From a virus (taxonomy: Duplodnaviria > Caudoviricetes), in the IMG/VR virus record IMGVR_UViG_3300020179_000046, positions 1-52,539 of that record: a DNA stretch of 52,539 nucleotides; one strand, written 5' to 3'. Position 1 is the stretch's first letter. Every line of letters begins with the position of its first letter. This document shows, one piece after another, positions 1 to 6,890 of this stretch. A program made the translations under genes and the position numbers. Under the pieces are notes generated by a model, which did not search any database, was not told where the DNA came from, and worked only from the letters and a program-made list of their open reading frames with translations.

Positions 1-1
1 C

Positions 2-58
2 TTCTGGGTCAATGTAAGCGAAGATTGCCACTGGGAAACTGAATGGGAGGTGCTATGA
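2..58 (+). CDS. 3' end of a small hypothetical protein (partial; ...FWVNVSEDCHWETEWEVL*)
   Basis: Frame 2 is open from the window start to TGA 56-58, which overlaps the ATG at 55 (ATGA coupling) as elsewhere in this array. Confidence 0.6.
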   Translation, partial: FWVNVSEDCHWETEWEVL

Positions 59-696
59 CCAAAACGAGAGGATCTTGGGTTTATAATGAAGACGGAACAA
101 TAGAACCATCTTCGCTTCATTGGAAACGAAAGTTATTTTCAACTTCATTTAGAAAGTGGGATAATAGAACTAAACAATACAAGTATGTAAAGTATGGTTC
201 TGAAGAGCATAAACAAATTCTTTCTTATAAAGGTGGTGGTAGAAGAGTTTCTGCTGCTCCAGTTCAAGTTCCAAGGTCAATTTCTGATAAATGGTATTTG
301 TCTGAAGAATGGAAATCGTGTCGCAAAGATTATCTTTGTAATTATTACAAACTCAATAAAAAAAGAGTATGTAATTGTTGTGGAAAATCTGAAGAAGAAG
401 TAAAAATGCATGTTGACCATATTTACCCAGTAAGAAGATATTGGAATATGAGATTGGAACACACAAACTTACAAAATATGTGTGAAATTTGTAATTTGCG
501 AAAAGGAAATTTTATGGATAATGCAATTGCTGAACGACGACTTATCAAAAAAGATAAAAAATGGGTTATTCTTGAAGTCAAACAAGAACCTTTTGTCTGT
601 CCTGACTGGTTGAAGGATGATACTCCATTTGACTGGAAAGTAGAAGAACCACAACCAAAAAAATTAGAAATTCTTTCTATCAAAAAAGTGGAGTAA
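55..696 (+). CDS. HNH endonuclease (putative free-standing homing endonuclease)
   Basis: CNCCG...MHVDHIYP...HTNLQNMCEICNLRKG is an HNH motif with a CxxC/CxxC zinc site. Start moved to ATG 55: GGAGG at 46-50 and ATGA overlap with the upstream stop. Confidence 0.85.
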   Translation: MTKTRGSWVYNEDGTIEPSSLHWKRKLFSTSFRKWDNRTKQYKYVKYGSEEHKQILSYKGGGRRVSAAPVQVPRSISDKWYLSEEWKSCRKDYLCNYYKLNKKRVCNCCGKSEEEVKMHVDHIYPVRRYWNMRLEHTNLQNMCEICNLRKGNFMDNAIAERRLIKKDKKWVILEVKQEPFVCPDWLKDDTPFDWKVEEPQPKKLEILSIKKVE

Positions 697-704
697 ACTT
701 ACCA

Positions 705-902
705 ATGACCAAAGCAGAAAAAGTAATTCTAGCATTCTGGGACTCTCATCAACAAGAAAGATCATACTGGCATCGTGATGGTGTTGCTGCTGCCTTGCGT
801 GAGGTAGTCAATCAAGTTCTTCCATACAGTCCAAATGACACATTCACTGCCTGGAAACAGGAAGTGCTAAAAATCGCTGATGAAATTGAGGCAGTACAAT
901 GA
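705..902 (+). CDS. small hypothetical phage protein (65 aa)
   Basis: ORF in a tightly packed array; ATGA overlap with the next ORF; similar to 1333..1524. Confidence 0.75.
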   Translation: MTKAEKVILAFWDSHQQERSYWHRDGVAAALREVVNQVLPYSPNDTFTAWKQEVLKIADEIEAVQ

Positions 903-1138
903 ATCTCTATATTATCAGCAATGTTCTTTGGGATGCTACTCGTGGAATGTGTGTAATTGCTGCTGAATCTATGTCTCATTGTGAAGAGATTTATGTGAAA
1001 AAGTTTGAGCATTGTGAGATGTGGTCAGGTGATGAGATTATTGACGCACAAACAGATTTTAAGGATGCAACATTTCAGGTGATTGAAAACATCAATCATC
1101 CCGCAGGTGTTATTAATTATGTTTTTGGAGGAGGTTGA
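899..1138 (+). CDS. small hypothetical phage protein (79 aa)
   Basis: ATGA overlap with the upstream stop and GAGG upstream; ends YVFGGG. Confidence 0.75.
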   Translation: MNLYIISNVLWDATRGMCVIAAESMSHCEEIYVKKFEHCEMWSGDEIIDAQTDFKDATFQVIENINHPAGVINYVFGGG

Positions 1139-1139
1139 A

Positions 1140-1331
1140 ATGACTGACGAACAAATTGAAATGCTCCGCCGTCTTATTCAAGATGAGATTGAAGTTGCTG
1201 GTGTTGATGGTATGGAACACGGTGTATGGGGATGGATGGATAGTCAATTAGACAAACGATGGAAACAATTTCAGGAGAGTTTCAATTCTCAAGAAGAAAC
1301 TGAATGGAATGAGACAGGAGACGGAGTTTAA
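1140..1331 (+). CDS. small hypothetical phage protein (MTDEQIEMLRRLIQDEI..., 63 aa)
   Basis: GGAGG just upstream of ATG 1140, 1 nt after the previous stop; preferred over the 1083 start in the ORF track. Confidence 0.75.
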   Translation: MTDEQIEMLRRLIQDEIEVAGVDGMEHGVWGWMDSQLDKRWKQFQESFNSQEETEWNETGDGV

Positions 1332-1332
1332 A

Positions 1333-1524
1333 ATGACTACCAGAGCCCTACAAATCCTAGAATCCACAATGGAACTCACACTACGACCCAAAAGTGAAGA
1401 CCGACAGAAACTGATTGCCCGTGTAATCAACGAAGTTGCTGATCGGTTATGCACCGATTGTGGAGAACTTGAAGACCCTGTTGAGGTTTTGCGTGAAATT
1501 GCTGATGAAGTGGAGGCATTATGA
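1333..1524 (+). CDS. small hypothetical phage protein (63 aa), probable paralog of 705..902
   Basis: GGAG upstream of ATG 1333; C-terminus EVLREIADEVEAL. Confidence 0.75.
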   Translation: MTTRALQILESTMELTLRPKSEDRQKLIARVINEVADRLCTDCGELEDPVEVLREIADEVEAL

Positions 1525-1697
1525 CTGACACTAAACGATTAACATTGTGGGAAATCATGCGAGACAATCTCGGATTCTCTATTGATATGTGTGATGAGAT
1601 TGTAGATGCTGTTGAGGAGTGGTTGCCACCAATTCATGATACTAATAGTTATAAGTGGAATGAGTGTATCAAAATGATGCAGGAGAAACTACGATGA
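1521..1697 (+). CDS. small hypothetical protein (58 aa, MTDTKRLTLWEIMRDNLGFS...MMQEKLR), not in the ORF track
   Basis: GGAGG at 1512-1516; ATGA overlaps at both ends; fills the gap exactly. Confidence 0.75.
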   Translation: MTDTKRLTLWEIMRDNLGFSIDMCDEIVDAVEEWLPPIHDTNSYKWNECIKMMQEKLR

Positions 1698-1855
1698 CTG
1701 AAAACGGATTTGACGATTGGTTCTATGAAATGGAAGGTTTCGGTCTCCGTTCTGAAAGATGTGCAAGTGACTTTGATGCACAAAATTGGAATACAATGGT
1801 AGAATGGTTGAGGACTGCATATCAAATGGGGTATGAAAAAGGACAGGAGGCATAA
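1694..1855 (+). CDS. small hypothetical phage protein (53 aa, MTENGFDDWFYEMEGFGLRSER...WLRTAYQMG)
   Basis: AGGAG at 1681-1685 and ATGA overlap support start 1694 rather than 1664. Confidence 0.75.
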   Translation: MTENGFDDWFYEMEGFGLRSERCASDFDAQNWNTMVEWLRTAYQMGYEKGQEA

Positions 1856-1857
1856 CA

Positions 1858-2019
1858 GTGACTGAGAAGGACAAAATTTTTCGTAATGTCTGGTGTTGTG
1901 CCTATCAACGAAGATATAATGCTATGGTTAAGAAAAACTGGGAGTTATATTATCGTGAACATGAAACAATATTGATGTGTCTTAGCATAGCAAAATGGAC
2001 AACATTCAGTACAAACTGA
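1858..2019 (+). CDS. small hypothetical protein (53 aa, GTG start; ...IFRNVWCCAYQRRY...), not in the ORF track
   Basis: AGGAGG at 1845-1850, GTG at 1858, open to TGA 2017-2019. Confidence 0.65.
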   Translation: MTEKDKIFRNVWCCAYQRRYNAMVKKNWELYYREHETILMCLSIAKWTTFSTN

Positions 2020-2097
2020 ACAATTGCAATTTATATCATAAAATTTTTGTATAAATTAAAACTTTGATATATACTGCAGTTATATTCATGAACACAC

Positions 2098-2277
2098 ATG
2101 TCAAGCTTTGATTATTCAACAGAAGTTACACAAGACGAAATTACAGGACAATATTACATTTCAATTCCATATGATCTGATAGAAGAGCTTGGATGGGAAG
2201 AGGGGGATATTGTGGAGTGGGAATATCACGATTACAATGAAGAGCCTGGTTTAAGACTACATAGAGTAGGCGAATAA
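2098..2277 (+). CDS. AbrB/MazE/SpoVT-like DNA-binding protein (59 aa), not in the ORF track
   Basis: GQYYISIPYDLIEELGWEEGDIVEW matches the swapped-hairpin pattern IPxxxxxxLGWxxGDxV; TATAAATT at 2050-2057 upstream. Confidence 0.7.
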   Translation: MSSFDYSTEVTQDEITGQYYISIPYDLIEELGWEEGDIVEWEYHDYNEEPGLRLHRVGE

Positions 2278-2299
2278 AATTGAAATTCCATTCTGAATT

Positions 2300-5200
2300 A
2301 TGGCAAAGAAAAAAAAGATAAAAACAGATAACATGAAACCGCGTGCTGCGGTTAATATGGAAAAAACAATTTCAACTGTTAATCCAAACCCCCCTAATCC
2401 TAATAATAATCCACCAATTACAATTTCTGGCATTATTAAAAATGTTTATAATGAAGTTGGTGTTCCAGCCTATAGTACTTTATATGGAACAGATTCAAAT
2501 GGCATCCCCTTGAGGGCGATTACTAACGCACAAGAAGATCCTTTAATGATGCGTTATGAATATCCAACTGTATATGGCAGCAATGATTTTGATGTATCAG
2601 CTGGTGATGAAGTATATGGTGATAACATTTTAAATAGAGATTATTATTTTCAACAAGATACCAAATCAATTAACAACGGCAAAATAGTTATTCGTAGATT
2701 TGAAAAAAAAGGTAAACCATATATTACATATGATGAAGAATATTTCAATCATATTTTTAATTGGCCAACATCACATACATTACGATCTCGCAAACTTGGC
2801 GGATTTATTAAAGAAATAATTACTACTACTATAACAACCCCAGGAGCCCCTGGCGCCACTCCAACTGCACCAGTCCCACCGACAATCAGTTCATCTAGTG
2901 TTACAAACATATATCCAGTTGCGGCAACACTTAATGGACAGTTTAACTTACAAAAAGTTCAAAGTAGTCTGTATTATATTAATGATGATTGGACATATAC
3001 TGAAATTCCATTAAATGCAGATGGTACAGTTAATAGCGAAACGGTTACAGACAGAATTGGTAAACCAGTTTTGTATCATGGAGGAACAGATAATAATAGT
3101 ATCTTTTTTAATTACGTTGTAGACACTACAAATATAAATGAAGTTGCAACAAGTAATCTAGTAGCCATTGGTGATACAGTAAATGGTGCAACTATAACTA
3201 ATATTGTCAATTATTTGGTTGATACTGCACTTAAAAGAACTGCCTCTAGATATCCAAAAAAAGGTGAAGTAAATATAGATATTACACAGACCCAATTTTT
3301 AGCATTAGATTCTAGTTATACAGTAGCAGATTTTAATAATACAAAAGCTTGGTTAAAATTAAATGAAGTAGATGGTATTACTAAGGGTAATACCATCTCT
3401 GGAAAAGGAATTCAGTCTAACACCTATGTTACTGGTGTAGATGAATCAAGAAATAAAATTTATATTTCAAAAACTTTATCTGATAAAAAAGTAAAATTAA
3501 TTAGAGTATTTGATGATGCAATCAATAAAGTAAATAAAAGCACTTTATGTTATGCAGAAATTTCTGGAACATCTGTAAACTTTAGTGCAGATACTGATTA
3601 TAGTGTCACTAGAAATAATGCGTCAACTGGTATTACTATACGTGTAAGGGCAGGAAAAGGCGTTAAGAATAGATCTGCAATCACTGGTGTATATTTTAGT
3701 AAAAATAAAAAAGAACTTGAGTATGTACCAATTTTTTATTCGGCTGATTCAAATTGTCAAAAAAATACATTAACAGATAATAACGGCACATATACACTCG
3801 GTACAGTAATTTGGAATGATAACACCAGACTTGAGAATAAGTATTTGATGACCAATCCAAGTGCTGGAATTGCATATTCAATTTCATCATTTTATCTCTC
3901 ATTTACAAATGCACCGATTGATAAAGAAACTCTTGAACGAATGATAGATTCATATAATCAAAATACTAGTGTATTGGACTTATATAATAAAATTAACGAG
4001 TATGTAAAAACAGTAATTGGTAGTAGACGTGCTGCAGGTGTTTTTGATGATATCTGTAGGGATGAAATTTTTGTAGAGTACTTTCAAGCATATAATCCAC
4101 TTATTGAAGTTAACACCTTTACGAGCAATATTGGTCAAATAAACTCTGCTGTCGGAGATGACTGTGTAACAAAGTTACCTGCATTTGAATCATATTCAAT
4201 TGATGAATCGAAACAAAAAATTGAATCTATAATTAATAATTCTGTACAAAACTCTATTATTTTGCCAGATGAGTATTATAAAAAATTAGTATCTAATAAA
4301 GATTCTTTAATGAATAGACTTACTGATGCATCAAAATTAGTACAAGATTCTACTCCAAAACAAACAAAAATCAATAACCTTCCACCTAGTATTGAGGGAG
4401 AAGATAGTTCTGGAGTTCGATGGTTGACTGAAAACTTTAGAGATCTCCCTCCTGCAATGGATAGAGTCAAATTTTTTGTTAATGATATTTCTCTCGCATC
4501 AGATAAAGATTTAGATCCTACTCTGAATTTAGATCCGGCAACAACAGTCAATCAACCAAAAATTATTATACGTTCCAGACCATGTTGGACTTGGGGTGGA
4601 GAAAACTCAATTCCAGTTGGTATTAATGGATATACGCCGTTTATTGCTACTATTGGATTAAATGTTGATGTAGATAGTAATAACCATGTAAATAGTATTA
4701 CTACCTTTCCTGGTAGTATTAATAAACAAAATGAAACGATTATTTCAGGCAATCAAACGATCACAATATCTAGATCTTGGATTGAGCCAACACCAAAAAC
4801 AGCTAATGACAATATTATTTTTGGGGAAAAGAAAAAAACTTATCAACAAGGTGGATATATCAAGGCGACAAATTGGACTCTTCCTCCAGAACTAAGAGAT
4901 TTAGATCATAAAGAACGTACTGAAGATAGTGATATAGAAAATCCAACTGTATCAATTTATCCAAAGCAAGTTTGGATGCCAAATATAAATTATCAAATAG
5001 ATTATCATAAAATGTTTTCATTTAGAACAGAAGAACTTTCTGAACTTTTAGGTGAAACTATTACTAGTTTTGGCAATCCATACTTAGATAATCCAGTTAG
5101 AGCAAAATTAACTAAGACTCTAGAACCAGGAGATACTACAATTCATGTAAAATCTACAGCGGGTTTTGTTTCTTCTGGATATTTAATTATTCCAAAATAC

Positions 5201-5647
5201 ATAAAAAAATTATATACAAATGAAACTGGAAATATTAATAAAAATTTTACTTATTGCGGAGAAGAAATAATTTATTACAAATCAAAAACAGATACCAGTT
5301 TTAATACTTGTGAACGTCAATTATTTGGCACTACCGATAACTTTAATATTACAGTTCCATCGTATTCTTTAGAAGCCAATGTAATGTATAAAATTGTCAC
5401 TTTAGGGGACACTAATTGGCAATCTGTTGGAGCCGGAAAAAGCCCATCAGTTGGAACTATTTTTACAGCATCTGGTTCTATTACTGGAACTGGATTAGCT
5501 GAGGTACTGGGTTCTACTACGGAAGAAGTTCCAGAGGTAAAGTTGGTTTCTGGTGTTAAATCTCCAAGTAAAATTCCTATAATGACAAGTTATGAATATG
5601 GTTTTAGTATATCTCAACATTGGGTATTTACTTTAAAGGGGAACTAA
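2300..5647 (+). CDS. large putative virion/baseplate-associated structural protein (1115 aa)
   Basis: Long T/N/S/I-rich ORF abutting PAAR; its C-terminal module (LTKTLEPGDTTIHVKSTAGF..GY..EIIYY..CERQLFGT) recurs in other structural proteins of this window. Confidence 0.7.
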   Translation: MAKKKKIKTDNMKPRAAVNMEKTISTVNPNPPNPNNNPPITISGIIKNVYNEVGVPAYSTLYGTDSNGIPLRAITNAQEDPLMMRYEYPTVYGSNDFDVSAGDEVYGDNILNRDYYFQQDTKSINNGKIVIRRFEKKGKPYITYDEEYFNHIFNWPTSHTLRSRKLGGFIKEIITTTITTPGAPGATPTAPVPPTISSSSVTNIYPVAATLNGQFNLQKVQSSLYYINDDWTYTEIPLNADGTVNSETVTDRIGKPVLYHGGTDNNSIFFNYVVDTTNINEVATSNLVAIGDTVNGATITNIVNYLVDTALKRTASRYPKKGEVNIDITQTQFLALDSSYTVADFNNTKAWLKLNEVDGITKGNTISGKGIQSNTYVTGVDESRNKIYISKTLSDKKVKLIRVFDDAINKVNKSTLCYAEISGTSVNFSADTDYSVTRNNASTGITIRVRAGKGVKNRSAITGVYFSKNKKELEYVPIFYSADSNCQKNTLTDNNGTYTLGTVIWNDNTRLENKYLMTNPSAGIAYSISSFYLSFTNAPIDKETLERMIDSYNQNTSVLDLYNKINEYVKTVIGSRRAAGVFDDICRDEIFVEYFQAYNPLIEVNTFTSNIGQINSAVGDDCVTKLPAFESYSIDESKQKIESIINNSVQNSIILPDEYYKKLVSNKDSLMNRLTDASKLVQDSTPKQTKINNLPPSIEGEDSSGVRWLTENFRDLPPAMDRVKFFVNDISLASDKDLDPTLNLDPATTVNQPKIIIRSRPCWTWGGENSIPVGINGYTPFIATIGLNVDVDSNNHVNSITTFPGSINKQNETIISGNQTITISRSWIEPTPKTANDNIIFGEKKKTYQQGGYIKATNWTLPPELRDLDHKERTEDSDIENPTVSIYPKQVWMPNINYQIDYHKMFSFRTEELSELLGETITSFGNPYLDNPVRAKLTKTLEPGDTTIHVKSTAGFVSSGYLIIPKYIKKLYTNETGNINKNFTYCGEEIIYYKSKTDTSFNTCERQLFGTTDNFNITVPSYSLEANVMYKIVTLGDTNWQSVGAGKSPSVGTIFTASGSITGTGLAEVLGSTTEEVPEVKLVSGVKSPSKIPIMTSYEYGFSISQHWVFTLKGN

Positions 5648-5923
5648 ATGGGAACACCTATACACAGACTAGGAGATATCAATACAGCTGGTGCTCCAAT
5701 CCTTTTTGCAAAAGCAATTACAGTTGTTTCTGCAGGAGCTCCAGTTGCAACCACAGGAGATCCAGTTGCTGGACATGGCCTCCCACCCCATTCATCGCCT
5801 GTAACGGGTCCAGGCAGTCCTATAGTACTCGCTCAAGGAGTTCCTGTAAATAGACAGGGCGATGTAGATACTTGCGGTCATTTACGAGCAACCGGCAATC
5901 CCACAGTTTTGATAGGACCTTGA
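5648..5923 (+). CDS. PAAR-repeat spike tip protein (T4 gp5.4-like)
   Basis: Three PAAR-like motifs (PIHRLGD, PVATTGD, PVNRQGD), His/Cys metal ligands (GHGLPPH, TCGH), ends GNPTVLIG. Confidence 0.9.
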   Translation: MGTPIHRLGDINTAGAPILFAKAITVVSAGAPVATTGDPVAGHGLPPHSSPVTGPGSPIVLAQGVPVNRQGDVDTCGHLRATGNPTVLIGP

Positions 5924-5948
5924 CATATATGGTTATTTTTGTTATAGT
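5920..5948 (+). promoter_or_regulatory. sigma70-type (early/host RNAP) promoter
   Basis: TTGACA 5920-5925, 17-nt spacer, TATAGT 5943-5948 with extended -10 TG at 5940-5941. Confidence 0.8.
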
Positions 5949-5970
5949 ATAGATTCATTGAGTTAACCAT

Positions 5971-6117
5971 ATGGCAAAAGTAGGAAGTTTTAATAAGACC
6001 AGTTATGTTCCTGGCAGTCCAAAAAAGACTCGTCAAGGTCGTAGTCAACATACTCACTTGGGTGCTTCTTCCCGAAATGGACGTAAAAAACGTTATCGTG
6101 GCCAAGGTAAAGGTTAA
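5971..6117 (+). CDS. small highly basic protein (48 aa, MAKVGSFNKTSYVPGSPKKTRQGRSQHTHLGASSRNGRKKRYRGQGKG), not in the ORF track
   Basis: Sits exactly between the promoter and the terminator; K/R/G-rich with no D/E. Confidence 0.8.
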   Translation: MAKVGSFNKTSYVPGSPKKTRQGRSQHTHLGASSRNGRKKRYRGQGKG

Positions 6118-6124
6118 ATTGTTC

Positions 6125-6148
6125 GCCCTCCGCAAGGAGGGTTTTTTT
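6125..6148 (+). terminator. rho-independent terminator
   Basis: GCCCTCC-GCAA-GGAGGGT hairpin with a GNRA loop, followed by a T run. Confidence 0.9.
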
Positions 6149-6162
6149 ATGAGGAAAAATGG

Positions 6163-6170
6163 CATAAATA
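6163..6170 (+). promoter_or_regulatory. T4-type late promoter (CATAAATA)
   Basis: One mismatch to TATAAATA; intergenic, just after the terminator and upstream of the baseplate genes. Confidence 0.65.
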
Positions 6171-6231
6171 ACACTATGAGGAGATAGAAACCTCCTAAAA
6201 AGTTCTGGTAAACCAGAATTTAGAGCATTTT

Positions 6232-6426
6232 ATGGCTACTTTTCATGTCCCAGATCATGATTATGATTATATGAAGCAAAAATTTGGTACTTGTGTGTTA
6301 ATTAGTGACCCTGCTTCAGAAAAATATTTAAATATGTCCAAAAAAACTCCGGCAACAAACAGAATGGAAAGGTGGTGCGGCGGAAAAAATGGATTTGATG
6401 ATTATGTAGAACGTTTTGACACTTAA
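6232..6426 (+). CDS. hypothetical protein upstream of gp25 (64 aa)
   Basis: Fills the gap between the late promoter and gp25. Confidence 0.7.
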   Translation: MATFHVPDHDYDYMKQKFGTCVLISDPASEKYLNMSKKTPATNRMERWCGGKNGFDDYVERFDT

Positions 6427-6444
6427 TTTTCAAATATCACTGCA

Positions 6445-6885
6445 ATGATAGGATCAACTTCAATAAAAAAATCATTAACATCTGAATTTCTTGGAAAAAT
6501 TTCAAGATCTTTTAAAGATATTAGCTTTAATTTTACAAGAAATCCTATCACAAATGATGTTGTGATATTAAAAAATGAAGAAGCGATCAAACAGTCTGTA
6601 AAAAACTTAGTATTAACTCAAATAAATGAAAGGCCGTTTAGACCTATTTTAGGTACAAACACCACAACTATGTTATTTGAGTTGGGCCCAGAGATTGCTG
6701 CTAACTCGTTGATTCAAGAAATTGAAGATGTATTAATTGAAAACGAACCTAGAATAGGTTTAGAAAAAATTGATGTTGAAGCAATAGATGATCAATATAA
6801 ATTTGAAGTAACAATTGAGTATTTAATAGTTGGACTTCCTCCAGAAGTTCAAACCCTATCCTTTATTCTCGTTCGAGAAAGTTAA
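6445..6885 (+). CDS. gp25: baseplate wedge subunit gp25
   Basis: FKDISFNF..NPITND..KNEEAIKQSVKNLVLT..ERPFRP.LG..EPRI motif; directly upstream of gp6. Confidence 0.92.
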   Translation: MIGSTSIKKSLTSEFLGKISRSFKDISFNFTRNPITNDVVILKNEEAIKQSVKNLVLTQINERPFRPILGTNTTTMLFELGPEIAANSLIQEIEDVLIENEPRIGLEKIDVEAIDDQYKFEVTIEYLIVGLPPEVQTLSFILVRES

Positions 6886-6890
6886 TTTAG

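Noticed and set aside
2024-2057. TTGCAA...TATAAA as a sigma70 promoter
   Set aside because: The spacer is 20 nt, too long; only the late-like TATAAATT was kept, as weak evidence.
5620-5853. Cys/Ser-rich 77-aa ORF overlapping PAAR
   Set aside because: Alternative-frame product of the PAAR gene with a TTG start and no supporting signals.
6005-6187. 60-aa plus-strand ORF and the 5878..6174 minus-strand ORF from the track
   Set aside because: Both run across the terminator. The 5971..6117 frame fits the promoter and terminator exactly.
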